From Felis catus (taxonomy: Eukaryota), in NCBI RefSeq assembly GCF_018350175.1, contig NC_058368.1, positions 71,240,001-71,304,000 on the forward strand: a stretch of DNA of 64,000 bases. The letters run 5' to 3'. Shown piece after piece: positions 39,540-55,197 of this stretch. Position 1 is the first letter of the stretch. Each line of letters begins with the position of its first letter. A program made the translations under genes and the position numbers. A model generated the notes under the pieces. It was not told the origin of the DNA. It worked only from the letters and a program-made list of their open reading frames with translations, and did no database searches.

Positions 39540-39752
39540 GGGAGTGGAAAACAGTGGCCTATGAGCTAATTCTGGCCCATCACATGGTTTTGTAAATAAA
39601 GCTTTATTGAAACACAGCCATGAGCATTTGGTTTTGTACTGTGTGTGGCTGTTTTTGTGCTACAAAGGCAGAGTTGAGAGGTTTGATGGAGTCTGTGCTC
39701 TGCAAAACCTAAAATATTTATGGCCCTTTACAGAAAAAGTTTGCTGACCCTA
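39540..39752. mobile_element. MER58-like hAT MITE
   Basis: ttttgtaaataaagctttattgaaacacagcc...tggccctttacagaaaaagtttgctgaccc. Confidence 0.75.
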
Positions 39753-40493
39753 GCTCTGTTGTATTTAAGGTAGCTCACAGAATCTCCAGGAGGGCCACAA
39801 GTCATAGATAGCCCCGTCAGGTGAAATGAATCTGTTCAAGAACAGTCCCCACTTCCACTCCTGACCATTCTTGGCAATTGTGATGTTCTGGGATAGACCC
39901 AAAAGTTCTTCTAGAGCTGTTCTATGAGATCTGCCTGCAGGAGTACCACTTCACAGTACTCTGACTTCTTGGGGTGTGCCTGATTGGTGGAACTGAGATC
40001 ACACATATGCACGCTAATTACAAGGGAGTCTGGGAAGTATTCTTTGCTTTTTGTCCTTGATAGTAGAGGAAAGTAATTTAGAAAGGAATGTTGGAATGGT
40101 CATTTTGGTGAGTCTTCCTACAGCATGGGAAGTTACTAACCACTATTAATTGTTTTTGTTTTTAACATCCCTTGTTATGAAATTTATTCTTATTCTCCCT
40201 CTCCTGCCCATAAACCAACCCAAAGAAAAAAACCCCTAAAATAGTTAAATGTTAAGGAAGTAACCCCTGTCCTAGAAGATGGTAAGGATACATCTGCCAC
40301 AGTGCTATCAGTGCCAAAAGTAGACAACAATCCATCAGAGCAAGAGAATTTACTCCTGTGAACACAGCAAATAGTAGGAGCGTCAGTGTGGTAGTGTTGG
40401 TCGTCAGCTCACAAGCCCCACGGCAGGGTGTGATCCTTCTGTGCTGTTGTGGCAAATGAAGTGGGGTGTGTCACAGCTAAGGGACACGGGCCT

Positions 40494-40730
40494 GTCAAGA
40501 ACCGTGTGTTACTCTAGTCTTCACTGTGAGATTTTACTCTCCTTGCAAGCTAACGAGTTAGCTCTCATGGTTTCATGGTGCTCATAGTAGATAAAAGGCT
40601 GCTGGGTGACAGATGAATGGCTGTTTACTGCTCACAACCATGGCAATGGCCGCATTATCAGCATTTTTGCTCTCGTTCCCCAAGTCCCAGTTCCCAGAAG
40701 GTGATATGAAGAGGAGGATACCTGCACCTG
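40494..40730 (-). mobile_element. LTR40-like ERVL LTR fragment
   Basis: tgtcaagaaccgtg..gagattttactctccttgcaagctaacgagttagc pattern. Confidence 0.5.
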
Positions 40731-41702
40731 AATGGTTTGAGCTAGAGTTTTTCTCACGTTAATGGACCATTAGCATCTCTGCCCATCGCTCCCCAGTTCT
40801 TCTCTTCCAGGGCTGTTGGCTATTCAAACACTTGTGCAAACATAGTTTGAGACAAAGGCAGTTGGTGCCTTACTCACGTGATGCACAGAAATACAAAATA
40901 CTGATGGAAAATTTTGCCAACGAGGGTCAAGGATTGCTACCTTTTGTAGCAAGCAGCAAACAAGTGTCCCTCCATCAGGAGGCAAGTAGTTCTGTGATAG
41001 TAAAACATGTACCCATAGTGACTTAGATGCCTGGCATATGTGACTGGTTACAGAAACTGCTCAGGATGAAGAGCTGGTTTAGACTTCCAGCGATTTGGAA
41101 TACTGAGCAAACATGTTTGGGGTGCTCAGACCCATGGTGAACTCCGGGTGCCAGAAGTGTATCACCACCAGTTATTTTCCTCTTGGAGAACCTCTTAGAC
41201 TGATCTGGCCATATTCTAACGAAATCACTATTTCCAGCTCACTAATCTGGTTCTTCTCATGAAGAAGAATTAAGTTGGGGACCCGTTGGTGACTCAGTTG
41301 ATTAAGTGTCTGATTTCAGCTCAGGTCATGATCTCATAGTTTGTGGGTTTGAGCCTCATGTTGGGCTCTGTGCTGACAGTTCAGAGCCTAGAGCCTGCTT
41401 CTGAGTCTGTGTCTCTCTGTCTCTGTCTGCCCCCGCCCCTCTGTCTCTTTCTCTCAAAAAGAAATATAAGAAAAAAAAAAAAGAATGAAGTTGGTGCTTA
41501 TGGCAGTGATTATACTTGAGATGTTATTACAAGTAATAGATACTGATATTACAGAATATGGTAGTTTAAATAGGATGACATTCAAATATTCTCTCACATC
41601 TAACAATTTTAGGTTAGGGAGGTCAGTGTATTTCTGTGGATGTACAGGGGCTTTGGTTCTTGTACAAGAAGGGGCTGCCTTCTTGCTCTGTTATCCCTGA
41701 GG

Positions 41703-41890
41703 GCATGGATGGGTAAACTTTGCCTGGACAGACTCAGAGTAAATATTTCATGTCTCTGTCCCAAGTACTCAAATTTATAGTTCTAGCACAAAAGATGCCC
41801 TTAATAGGTATAGCTGTGCTCCTATAACACTTTTAGCAAAGCAAGCATTGGGCTGATTTTGGCCCCCACTATAATTTGCTGTCCCTTGTC
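41703..41890. mobile_element. MER58-like hAT MITE, degraded
   Basis: gtaaatattt...tagctgtgctcctataacactt...ataatttgctgtccctt. Confidence 0.5.
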
Positions 41891-42278
41891 CTATGAAGTT
41901 GCCTTAGTTTGCATAGTTGAACTTGGTTCCCACAACATCTGTGTTCCAGGATAAAGGAGAGAACATGGCCAGAATTCAGAGAAATAAGATTGTGTTTAAG
42001 TTGTAGATAATTTGGAAGTTGTATGTTTCACATTCTGGTCCCAGTGACTCAAACTTGTTTTATTCACTGATGTGAGACTCTTAGTCTGAGAAATCTTATT
42101 TCTAGCTGGACAGTCATGTGCCATGAGAGTAGGGGAATGAAGGTTTTTGGGCACAATAGCGATCTGCCATAGTGGTATGATATCTGTAATTTATTTTTAG
42201 TGTTTATTTTCAGAGAGAGAACATGAGCAGGGAGGGACAGAAAGAGTGGGAGAGAGAGAATCCCAAGTAGGCTCCACA

Positions 42279-42829
<551 letters not shown>

Positions 42830-44074
42830 CTAGATGTCCAGAATCGTGAGATCATGATCTGAGCCAAAATCAAGAGTCAGGTGCTTAGCCAACTGAGCCA
42901 CCCAGACACCCCTATCTTATTTTATTTTTGGCAGTCCCTCTATTCAGTCAGATCATGAACTAAGCCAAAGTCAGGCCCTTAACTGACAGAGCCACCCAGG
43001 TGCCCCTTATTTTATTTATTTTTAAATGCTTATTTTTGAGCGAGAGAGCAGGGGAAAGGCAGAGAGCGAGCATGAATGAATGAATGAATGAATCCCAAGC
43101 AGGCTCCTTGTTGTCAGTACAGAGCCAAACTTGGGGCTCGAACTCATGAACTGTGAGATCATGACCTGACTCAAAACCCAGAGTCGGTGCATAACTGGCT
43201 GAGCTACCCAGGCACTCCCAGGGATGTCTTTTAAAAGCATTTACAACTTGCCGTATCTCAGTCAAGACTAAATCTTTTTTTTTTTTTTTAACTTCATTAT
43301 TATTATTATTTTAGAGCATGTGGGGAAAGTGGAGCAGAGAGAGAGAGAATGTTGGGCTCCTTGCTGGGCATGGAGCCTACTTGACTCGGAGCTTGATCTC
43401 ATGACTATGAGATCATGACCTGAGTCAAAATCAAGAGTTGGACCTTAAACCACTAATGTCACCTGAAGACTAAATTTTTAAGTAAATGGATTTTTGTTGA
43501 TGACATTAGTGGTTTAATATATAGCAGTATGGATATTAGAAATGGATGCTTCTTACTGAAATTAGTGCTATTCAAGATATTTGGATTGGCTGAAATATTT
43601 CAGAGACCTTTCACCCTGGCATGGACAAGATATAAAAATCTAGTAGGGCATTTACCTTTAGGGATTCTGCTCTGTTCTTGAATTCCATATTTTTGGTGTC
43701 CCACCATCAGAGAGGAGGATTTCTGGTAGTCTTATAGCAACTGTAAAGATAGGAAAATCTTGCCTTTGGAGTTTAATTATGCATTCCTTGGTGACCCTTT
43801 CATGCAAGATGGTAATCAGATAAGAATTAGGATTTTATTCAGCATGTGGAACAGGTTATATGCTGTCTTGCTGAGAAATGTTTGCTTAATAAATGTATCT
43901 GTTGCAGACTTTGGACTGAGTTGCTTTTATTATAAACTTTAGCAAGATGGGTTAAAGGAGTAGCTGATCCTCACCCAGCTCTTTCTGTTCAACTTTTTGG
44001 TGTTTACCATCCTCTCCAGTAAGAACCTAAGAGTTGTATATGATGACCGAATTGGCTGAAATTTGTTCGTTCAT

Positions 44075-44630
44075 TTTTTTCTTTTAATTTTGTGCTAAGA
44101 ACACTCAACATGAAATCTGGCCTCTTAACAGACTGTAAGTGTAAAATACATTTTTGTTGAATGTAGTTACAATGCTTATTCATCTGTATAGCTGGAACTA
44201 TGCCTGTTGATAACTCCCCATTTCTTCCTCCTTTTGCAGCTGGTAACCACCATTCAGCAGTCTTTGATCTTATGAATTTGACTGTTTTAAATGTCTTCTG
44301 TAAGTGGAATCATGCAGTATTTTGTCTGTGTCTGGCTTATTTCATTTAGTATAATGTCCTCAAGTTCATTCATGTGGTCACACATTGCAGAATTTCCATT
44401 TTTAAAGAGACTTAATAGTATTCAATTGTGAGTGTATATCATACTTTCTTTATCCATTTAGTTGTAAATGGATATTCAGAATGTCTCTAAACACATTTTA
44501 GCTATTGTGGATAGTGCTGCAGTGAACCTGGAAGTGCTAATAGCTCTTTGAGATCCTGATGTCACTTTTTTTTTTTTTTTGGATACATATCCAGAAGAGG
44601 AATTGCTAGATCATATGGTAGTTCTTTCTT
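44075..44630 (-). mobile_element. L1MA/MB-type 3' end fragment
   Basis: Motifs gctaagaacactcaacatgaaatc and aagtggaatcatgcagtatttt. Confidence 0.7.
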
Positions 44631-45189
44631 TCCTTTAAAAAAAATTTTTTTTAACCTTTATTTATTATTGAGAGACAGACACAGAGCTTGAGCAGGGGAG
44701 GGGTAGAGAGAGGGGGAGACAGAATCTGAAGTAGGCTCCAGGCTCTGAGCTGTCAGCACAAGAGCCCAAAGGAGGGGCTCAAACCCAGGAACTGTGAGTT
44801 CATGACATGAGCCAAAGTCGGATGTTTAACCAACTGAGCCACCCAGGCCCCCCTCCTTTTTTTTTTTTTTTTTTTTTTATGTAAAGTCCCAACGTGGAGC
44901 TCAAACTCATGACCCTATGGTCAAGGGTCACATGCTTCACCAGTTGAGCCAGTGATGTGCTCCATGGTAGTTCTTCTTCTTTTTTTTAATGTTTATTTTT
45001 GAAAGAGCGAGAGAGTGCTCATGCAAGCAGGGAGGAGCAGAAAGAGGCAGGGAGAGAGGATCTGAAGCGGGCTCTGCACTAACAGCAGAGAACCTGATGC
45101 GGGACTTGAAGTCACGAGCCATGAGACCATGACCGGAGCTTAACTGGACGCTTAACCAGAGCCACCCAGGCTCCCTCTTTTATGTTCTT

Positions 45190-45578
45190 CTTACACCACC
45201 AGTGACCCCTCCTTTGCTGCTTTTGTCAGAAGGTGATCTTGTCTCTTGCTTCACACACTACATAGGAACTGCCAAAGGTCAGAGCCTTTAATTTCTGCAA
45301 CAAGTCTGTAAATTTACCTGTATTTATACCCATTCTTGGCATTTTCCTGCTATTTAGAAGGAAAGAAACATTCCTGATCTTATCCCTGCTGCATTCTCTG
45401 TACTGGTGGCTCGAGAATGTCTGTGGAGAGGAGCTTCTAGGCAGCACAGTGCCTGGGGAATGGGTGCTTGGGGGGCTTGTCTTGGACTGCACAACAAGCT
45501 GTTTGTTCTTCTGCCCCTCCTGCTTGTCTTTCCTGTCTTCTTTTCTTTTCCTTCGTCTGTTTTTCTTTTTAAATCCTG

Positions 45579-45668
<90 letters not shown>

Positions 45669-46000
45669 CTCTATCCTCTGTTTCCCCTTACCTCCTAGCT
45701 CTGACACTCAGTTGTCAAAAACCATTCACTGTGAATTTTTCATCTCTCAAGTGTTTTTTAGCTTCTTACTTTCTAGAAGAGTCCTTCTTAAGGGCATTTG
45801 TTCAAGCATTTCCTAAGCTAAAAAAATGGACAAAACACTTCAAACCTTTTCTCAGCGATCACTCTGCTTCTCCCACCCTTTACAACCAACCATACTTAAC
45901 TCTGCACTCCCGCCATTCCACAGTCCCTTTCACCTTTTCCTTGTGGTCTTAGCACATTGATAATTGCTTTTGCTAAGCGTTTGTTTTCATACTTGGTGTC
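45190..46000 (+). mobile_element. Degraded LINE-2 fragment
   Basis: cagaaggtgatcttgtctcttgcttcaca-type motif within a pyrimidine-rich body. Confidence 0.45.
45581..45664. repeat. Compound (GT)n(GA)n microsatellite
   Basis: Seen directly. Confidence 0.95.
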
Positions 46001-47953
46001 TCCTTGCCCCTCTTCCATCCTTCCCATCACTCCTTGCCGCTTCACCCAGGGGCCAAAGTAAGAAAATATGGTTCTAGTCCTTCTAGTTTCTTTTCATTCC
46101 TTTGTTTTTGACTGTATTCTCAGAAATGCAAATAAAGACTCAGCAAACCCTTTGATTCCATGATTGATTCTGGGACAGTTCCCTTTACTGATAGGAAAAT
46201 AGGATTTTAGGAAATTGAGAGTTTTGCAACTAGCAAAAACCTATTCTCTTTTCCCTGTAATTTTTAATTTTTGGCTTTGTCACTTTGCAAATTGTATAAG
46301 TTATGACAGAAGAAAAATAGTAAAGTCACTAATTCTACCATCTGCAAATAATCATGAATAAATGTGTCATGGTGTTACACCTGTAGTTTTACAAAATGGA
46401 ATCAAAGCAAATGTAATATTTACTGACTTAAATTCTCATGTTTTATTTTCTAGGGGTGAATTGCCTTTCTAGAATGATGTGCAAGAATGCTAGTCTGTTG
46501 ACATTTGTATGTCTCTTTGGACACATTGTATAGAATAGAAAGAAAGGTTCTTCTTCGTGCCCCCCCCCCCCCCATCGTTAGAAATAGGATTTTATCTGGT
46601 TTTTAAAAATGTTTTTTTCTGGGGCACCTGGCTGGCTCAGTCAGTGGAGTTTGAGCCCCATGTTGGGTGTACAGATTACTTAAATAAAATCTTTAAAAAA
46701 AATGTTTTTTCCCCCTGGTTTTTCAAATTAAGATTGTTGCAGTTGGCATTCTTTTCATTGCCTTTTCAGTGTTTTTTTTTTTTTTTCCCCTAGAGTTTAT
46801 TTACTTATTTTGAGAGAGAGAGAGTGTGAACAGGGGAAGGGCAGAGAGTGAACAAGAGAACCCCAAGCAGGCTCCACACTGAGTGCAGAGCCCGATGTGG
46901 GGCTCGAAATAAAAAACTGTGAGATCATGACCTGAGCTGAAATCAAGAGTTGGACGCTTAAGTGACTGAGCCACCCAGGTGCCCCTGCCTTTTCAGTCTT
47001 TAAGGGTGACATTTGCTTGTTGGTAACGTTAACGAATTGGGTTTGATTTGGGTGGGTACTGAAGTGTGGATAGATCGTATGAGGCATTGCCATTCTTCTC
47101 AAGGAGCACATCTAATGTACAGTCTGTCATCCTGGCAGTGTCCCACCTCATGTTGTGGTCACATTGGATGATATCCCAGGGAAAACTCAAGTATTCATGG
47201 ACGTGGTGGGGAGTGCCCACCTGACTGCAAATCTTCTTGAGTGATAGGTTTCACAGACCCTCCCAGCATGACAAAACGTCTTCACACCTGCTTGTCTTCC
47301 CTATCTTTCTTAGTCTGTAGTAGTTGAGAATGTATTTAAAAGCTTTCATTCAGATCTGCTCTAGTGTACTGCTTAACACTAAGATGCAGTGTTTTTAACC
47401 AAGGAGAGTATCTTAAGCATATCTTAGGCATCTAATGGACTAACATGAAAATGTCCATTAACTCAGTTTTAAAATTCAGGCACAATTTCTAACCTATCTG
47501 GATCTGAGTGTTTAAAGTCATTAAAAAAAATCAACGAGGAAGACGATTTTTTTCAGCTCTGTAATATGAAAAACACACTTTGTTCTGCTATATTATTATT
47601 TGGAAAATAAAAGGCCAGTTCATGTACTTTTCTCCTATTTAAATAAAAAAAATTGAAAATATAAAACTAAATGTTGAGGAAATTAATAATTAAAAACCTG
47701 TTGGAAAAGTTTCTGAAGATTACTTTGTACTTAAAATCTTTTATTTTTGTCTTTGAAACTTGTAGCCAGCAGTAATCCTAGTTAATTGATTAGTTCTGTT
47801 TAAACTTTTCCACAATTGTTACATATTACTGAAGTATATAAAAAGGGATTTATATTTTTCAAGATACTGAAGTTCTTGAAACATAAATCCATCTAGTCAT
47901 TGATAGGCAGTAATAAGTTGCTCTTACTACATGGCTTGAATGTAGTTGGTTTT

Positions 47954-48168
47954 TTTGTTTTTTCAACGTTTTTATTTATTTTTGGGACAGAGAGAGACAG
48001 AGCATGAACGGGCGAGGGGCAGAGAGAGAGGGAGACACAGAATCGGAAACAGGCTCCAGGCTCCGAGCCATCAGCCCAGAGCCCGACGCGGGGCTCGAAC
48101 TCACGGACCACGAGATCGTGACCTGGCTGAAGTCGGACGCTTAACCAACTGCGCCACCCAGGCGCCCC
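47954..48168 (-). mobile_element. Young felid SINE (SINEC_Fc type)
   Basis: 16-bp TSD gaatgtagttggtttt at 47938 and 48169. Confidence 0.92.
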
Positions 48169-48589
48169 GAATGTAGTTGGTTTTGTATTAGCAACCCAGT
48201 GAAATCACATCAGGCATTTAGTACAACAATGATGACAAAATTGAAGTTGAGTTTCAAAACTTTTTTTTTAAAGCTTATTTTGACAGAGAGCACAAGTGGG
48301 GGAGGGGCAGAGAGAGAGAAAGAGAGAGAATCCCAAACAGGCTCTGTCTGCGAGCACATGGCGGGGCTCGAACCCATGAACTGTGAGATCATGACCTGAG
48401 CCAAAATCGGATACCTAATAGACTGAGCCAGCCAGCTGCCCCAAATTTCAAAAGTTTTTAAAATTGAGGTGCCTGGATAGCTTATTCGGTTAAAGGTCTG
48501 GCTCTTGATTTTGGCTCAGGTCATGATCTTGTGGTTCAGGCGATTAAGCCCTGCGTCAGGCTCTGTGCTGAGCATGGAGCCTGCTTAAG

Positions 48590-48631
<42 letters not shown>

Positions 48632-48766
48632 TCACTCCCTCCCCCACCCCATGCCCCACTCCCTTGCTCAGGCGTGCTTGCTTGTTCTCTTAAAAAAAAA
48701 AAATGCTTCTTAAAAATTACTTCACGGCAAAGAATATAACTTAGCAGTATTGAAAAGTACTTTCTA

Positions 48767-49002
48767 GGGGCGCCTGGGTGGCACAGTCGGTTAAGCGTCC
48801 GACTTCAGCCAGGTCACGATCTCGCGGTCCAGGAGTTCGGGCCCCGCGTCGGGCTCTGGGCTGATGGCTCAGAGCCTGGAGCCTGTTTCAGATTCTGTGT
48901 CTCCCTCTCTCTCTGCCCCTCCCCCGTTCATGCTCTGTCTCTCTCTGTCCCAAAAATAAATAAACGTTGAAAAAAAATTTATAAAAAAAAAAAAAAAAAA
49001 AA
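48767..49002 (+). mobile_element. Young felid SINE (SINEC_Fc type)
   Basis: 15-bp TSD gaaaagtactttcta at 48752 and 49003, long A tail. Confidence 0.92.
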
Positions 49003-49908
49003 GAAAAGTACTTTCTATCTTAGACTTTTGGGGGGGTGGGCTCATAAATGTCCAGGTATATGCAAGTGCTCTACTTTTTATGTCTGCTTTGTAAAATAAA
49101 GTTAAACTGATCGGAAATTCCTTAAACTGGAAGACTGTTAGGGAAATCCATTTCAAAGATACATGAATCCCATTATCATTTTAGAATAGGTTCTTTTTAG
49201 AAGTAAATAAGTTATTCTTTTCAGGAGTGAATGCCTACACTTAAAAATAGATTTAAAATGTTTTAAAATAAGTAGTCTTAAAAATGGACTATATATTCTG
49301 AAGTTTTGAGTAGACTGATGCACACATCTACTCTTCTAGGAGAAAGGTAAAATGGATGAGGATCAAATGTGAGGGTATTTAAATGATCGTCAAGATTCTG
49401 TGGCTCATGTGTAGTGATAGTGAACTCTTTAGTGGTGAACTTTAATTTATGCTTAGTGCTGACCTGCTGCTGTGTAGGGACACTCACTGTGTCCCTTCAT
49501 TCAGTCCCTTTAATTATCCCCACTTCCTTGGGGAGCTTGCTTAGAACTGAGCATGAGTGCTTCTTGGGAAAATACGGGGCTACTCTGGCTACATGTAACA
49601 GGGTAGTTTTTGATACGGGATTTATGTATTGATGAACCAAGTAAGGGGCTAAAGTTGTTTGCAGGGGGTTTATTTAATCAAATTGGTAGGGAATATTCTG
49701 GAAGTTACCTGGTTAGAGAGTGATTAGGCTTCTAATAAATGACAGTCATGGTTAATATACCTCTTGAGCTTCTTTGTTCCACTCTTCTTTTTTAGTGCAC
49801 TTTTTAAAAGAGATCTGACTACCTAGATGATATGTGAGACAATCAGATTTGGAATTTTGTGTATATTTGCAGGGGATGGGAGTTCTTTGTGCTGGGAGCA
49901 TCTGTTAA

Positions 49909-50136
<228 letters not shown>

Positions 50137-51848
50137 TGATTGAAAATGCTGTTGCAGTTAGTTCATGTCATATGAGTTAAATGTGTCCGAATTCGCTACT
50201 GGAAATCAAAGGCTTTGTAGCATCTGGCAGTGTTGGTCGCTGATCCTGCAGGTGGCTGTTGGATTCAGCTTTCACACCAGGGAGCAGTTTCAGTTCATTT
50301 CCAAATTTGCTAGGGAAAAAAAAAATCCCAATTAGTTTTGAGTATTAACCCTTTCAGTGTAATAAGATAAAGAAAAAAATCTGTATTACCAGTAGGATCC
50401 AAAAGATTCTTCTTTAAGTTCTCTTTTAATCATGTTAACCTTAGGACACCTGGTTACACTTCCAGAAATAAAAACTATGCAATTGGTAATTATTTCAGTT
50501 TGATAGTGTCAGTGGAATACACTTGCACGGAGAAATAAATAATGCTTTCCATGTCTAATTCTGTTTGAATGGGTGGAATCCAGGGAAGGAACTGGTTTCT
50601 GACATCAGGAATAGTGTTTTGTTGTTGGTGGGTATATATGTTTCATATCAGAGAACTAATTATATATAATGTTGTAACTACTGGGAGTCATCTCTGAAAT
50701 GGGTTGGAAACAGCCAACACCAGCAATTAGCCTGGAGTGCTTCAGTTAGCGCTCATGTGTCTTTGAAAGAAATGTTTTAGTAAGATACAGGTTTAGATAA
50801 AAACTGAATTCATGAACCCATATTATAGATGTTTACAGTTTATTATCAGAGTTAATGAAGGTAAAGCTCTTAACCTTTTGACGACAGCTTGTCAGAGTGC
50901 AATCTTTCATGAAATGTTTCTGTGAAATGCAGTTGATGGAGTGAAACTTTTCCTGTGATGCAGTCATTTCAATTCTGTACCATGTTCCTAAAGCGTTTAA
51001 AAATCTCAGATGTGTAGCTACTTCTAGATTATGATATTGGCTCCTTCCAAAATTTGACTTTCCTTCTAGCAGACTTGTTTTCTTGGAAATACATTCAATG
51101 CTGACCAGTGATAGAGTGGCTACATTTGTTTGGCTGGTGTGGTAGAACAGGACGGTAGAACTTCAATTGTAGCAACGTGGCTTGTGAGAGAGGACACATA
51201 AAGTGGTTGTGAGTCGCTAAATGGGTTGGGCCAGGGGAGAAAGAGTAGACGTCTAGTTAGCATAAAAAATTTCAGAATACAAAGAAAAAGTAAAACCAGA
51301 CTTTGATTTTACCTAGATTTGACAGAAACTGCTCACTGGATAGTGGTTGAGTATATTCATGTTATTAGGAATAAAATGCATTTGTTGGCTTACCCAGGGT
51401 TTTAGAAAGCAGTAGTTCCTGAGACTGTAAAGGAAGGGGAATTAGGAGTTTTTCATCTATCCGTAAATGGTTTTGTTTAACCTTGTACTTTGACCCACCA
51501 GCCATTAGAAATTTCTCCACTCTTGTGGCCAAAGGCAGCCTCAGAAGAAGTAGGGAGAGTTTGGGTCGTGTTGAATAGCATAGTCAGATGTAGGTGGATA
51601 GGCAGAATTATGGTCCCGATTGTGGCTAGGAAAAAGGTAGTGTGCTGCAAGTGAATGCTGCATAGTCAGTCTCTTGGAATTTGGGTCTGTACTCAGGAAT
51701 GTGAGTTGCGGCTGCCAGTATTGAGGAGAAGTAACCTTACTCAAGGCCCTTAAACTATAAGTACAATAATGCACTCTCTGTGTTGCTTACAAAAGGTTTT
51801 GTGAAATTTTTTGTGAAATTGAATGTGTGTTTTGTTTTCATTTCTAAG

Positions 51849-51902
51849 GTACATCCAGGTTATGGATTCCTTTCAGAAAACAAAGAATTTGCCAAATGTC
51901 TG
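51849..51902 (+). CDS. PCCA: PCCA coding exon (equivalent of human exon 6), 54 nt, VHPGYGFLSENKEFAKCL
   Basis: Acceptor ttttcatttctaag and donor gtaagt. Carries the conserved biotin-carboxylase motif HPGYGFLSEN. Confidence 0.97.
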
Positions 51903-52976
51903 GTAAGTTTGTAATGGATCAGAATCTGTTGACTTCTATCTCAGAAAGCAGCGTAATGGTATTGCTTTTGTAAATGTGGGTCATGATGCATTAAAGAATT
52001 TTAATTGACCCATCAATTCTTTGAAAATTACTTGTAAAAAGTGAAGAGTTTTTGTTCTGAAACCCAGGTCTTGGTTTAAAGAATAAAAGTGGAAGAGTTA
52101 TGAGATCACCTTTATACCTAGCTAATGACACTGAGTTTGTCATATACTATATGGACTTTTTAAAAATTCGACTCTTCAGATTTGTAGCTAACTATGTCAA
52201 AGAGTCCAGTGATTTATTATTATAACACAAGCATGGACTGTGAAGCCAGAAGTAAGATTCTATCTATCTATTTCCCTTTTCATTGCATATTGTGATATTT
52301 AAGATCAAATTTCTGTTTGGGAAAAGACTTTTGTATTACCGAAGTCTTTTCCAGATATTACCACCTTGGTTAAATGAATTGAACTACATTCAAGATGGTA
52401 CTGAAAACTTAGTGTTCAGGTGCTAAACTAGGATTTTGAATGTTTCAAAAAGCTCATTGGATCAGTTATCCCAGGAGGTATCTTAATTTACTATTCTAAT
52501 ATGTTATACTTTATTTCTGTGAAATGTTTATATTTTGTTGTTTCATGGATTCAGAATTATTTATGAATATAATTTTCTAGATGAAATTTTGACTTAAGAT
52601 CCATAAATTTAATTTGGACAATTTTTGAGATCCTAGAGTTCTAATTTAGAATGATTTATTTTAACCAATTGATAGGTTAAAAACTAGGGCCTAAAGATTA
52701 AAGTGAGGCCTGACGGAGTTGTGATGTAAGGTGACACAGATAGCTAATGGTAACAGGTTCCTGGAGAGGGCAGATGAGGTGGAAGCAACCAAAGGCCCAC
52801 ATTTACCACATTTACCATTTGTGCAGCATGTGCACTTTCCCATTTCTATTCTTTTTTGCTAGCCTCTTGCCTGAAATTTTGACTGAGTTGTATCGTTATG
52901 TCAGAAGTGATTTGAATATAATACATGTGAATGTGCTTGTACAATATAATGTATTAGACTTAAGTTTGTGTAGATG

Positions 52977-53199
52977 AGGAGTCTCTAAACCATGGTCCAT
53001 TGGTCAAATGCAGCCTGCCGCCTGTTTTTGTAAATTAAATTTTATTGGCACACATCCATGCTCATTCATGTACGTGATGTCTGTGGCTGCTTTGGCTTTA
53101 TAACAGCAGAGTTGTGAAGCTATAGCAGAGACCAAATAACCTGCAATGCCTAAAATATTTACCGTATGGCCCTTTGTAGTAGAAATTTGCCAACCCTTG
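52977..53199. mobile_element. MER58-like hAT MITE
   Basis: gcctgtttttgtaaattaaattttattgg...tggccctttgtagtagaaatttgccaaccc. Confidence 0.75.
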
Positions 53200-54587
53200 G
53201 TATAGAGTATCTGGGTCTCAGAGAAGTTAAATGACACAGCCTGTTGTGTGTTCATCCATGCATTCAATCGTTAAAAAAATGGTTGTTTGCTATGTTTATA
53301 TTTGAGAAGGATATAAAAAGGCATCAGATGTGTGTTCTGCTCATGAGGGGCTCACAGTCATGTTGTGGAAAATAAGTCAAGTCCACAAGTGACTTCAGTT
53401 CAGGGGAAAAATACTATGAGGAAGTTCACATTCTCCTTAAATGAAGGTATTTCCATCAGGGGCTTTGCATTAGAGAGAAGAGTATAGAATAGGTGAATGA
53501 CCACCTTCCTTTCTGACTAATTTTCTTTCTAATTTAATTCTCCTCCATTTCCCATTGTCAGTGCTATGCCTCAGCCAAGACAACAGTGCCATTCTCAAAC
53601 ATGGCTAGTTCTTTCCTGTTCCATCCTTTTCAGCACTCTTTACCCTGTGGGCACACTGGTCCTCTCCCACATTTCCAACTTCTGCCTGTCCCGAAAGGCA
53701 TGGTTCACATGTTACTACTATCAGCATAGTTTCCATGCCCTTCAGGTGAGAAGTAATCTCTTTCTTCTATTTGCTAGAGCATTTTTTTTTGAGATTTCTT
53801 ATTTGATATACCACTTTCCATATTAAAATTTTTCCTTTACTGTATTTTAATCTCCTCTTGAGATGAGAGACTTGGTCTCATTGGTCTTTGTTTCCCTTTT
53901 GTTTTATATTTTAATGATTTCTGCATAGTAGGCTCAATGAATGTTATGGAAAGATTAAATAATTGCTAGATTAAAAATAATAAAACAATAACCTGCAAGA
54001 AAACTTTTCGTCTATCACAAAAGGGACTGCTTTATAGTTAGAAGGCAATGTTGCTGTGTTTTGGTTCACAACGAAAATATGCAGCTAGTGATAACTAACC
54101 CTGTCTTTTTTTGTGTGTATCGTGGCAAGATTCTTTTTGGGATATAGCTTTCCTAGCATTAAAATCTTTTCCCATTGGAGTGTGCCATTTAACATGCTCC
54201 TTTTGGGATATCTAGGTATAGTTGGTAAGTTCCATAAAAAATGATACAGCATTGAAATGAAATTGCCTACTGATTATGTTAGGCCATATAAACATTGTGT
54301 GATTGGTGACCAGCCATTGGATTCAATAGTTACTCTCTCAAACTGAATATATTCTTAGAGATATGCTTTACGTTGTAGTGGTGATAGATTACCATGTTGG
54401 TGGTGGTGACTTTGGCAAGGAGAAGCTGAAAATTTTTTTTTAATGTTTATTCATTTTTGAGAGAGCATGAGTGGAGGGAGGGCAGAGGGAGAAGGGGACA
54501 GAGGATTCAAAGCAGGCTCTGTGCTGACAGCAGCGAGCCCAATGTGGGGCTTGAACTCATGAACTGTGAGATCATGACCTAAGCTGA

Positions 54588-55197
54588 AGTCAGATGCTCA
54601 ACCAACTGAACCACCCAGGCACCCCTGGAATTTTTTTTTTTTTTTAAGTTGGATACTGTGGAGTTCCTTTTATTATAATACCATATCTTATGTTTGAGAT
54701 TTAATCAAATACGGAGGTTCCCCCCCCCCTTTTTTTCTAGTTCTGTTTTTTTTTACTGTCTTTTTAAAAAAATATTTGAGAGAGAAAGAGAAAATCCCAT
54801 GGAGGCTCCACACTGTCAGTGCAGAACCCAGTGTGAGTCTAGATCTCACAAACCGTGAGATCACGACCTGAGTGGAAATCAAGAGTCAGATGCTCAACCA
54901 ACTGAACCACCCAGGCACCCCTGGAATTTTCTTTTTTTTTTGAAGTTGGATACTGTGGAGTTCCTTTTATTATAATACCATATCTTATGTTTGAGATTTA
55001 ATCAAATATGGAGGTTTTTCCCCCCATTTTTTTCTAGTTCTGTTTTTTTACTGTCTTTTAAAAAAATACTTATTTTGAGAGAGAAAGAGAAAATCCCATG
55101 GAGGCTCCACACTGTTAGTGCAGAGCCCAGTGTCAGGCTAGATCTCACAAACTGTGAGATCACGACCTGAGTGGAAATCAACAGTCAGATGCTCAAC
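54588..55197. repeat. Tandem duplication, two units of about 296-299 bp
   Basis: The unique spacer aagttggatactgtggagttccttttattataataccatatcttatgtttgagatttaatcaaat and the following SINE body both occur twice. Confidence 0.95.
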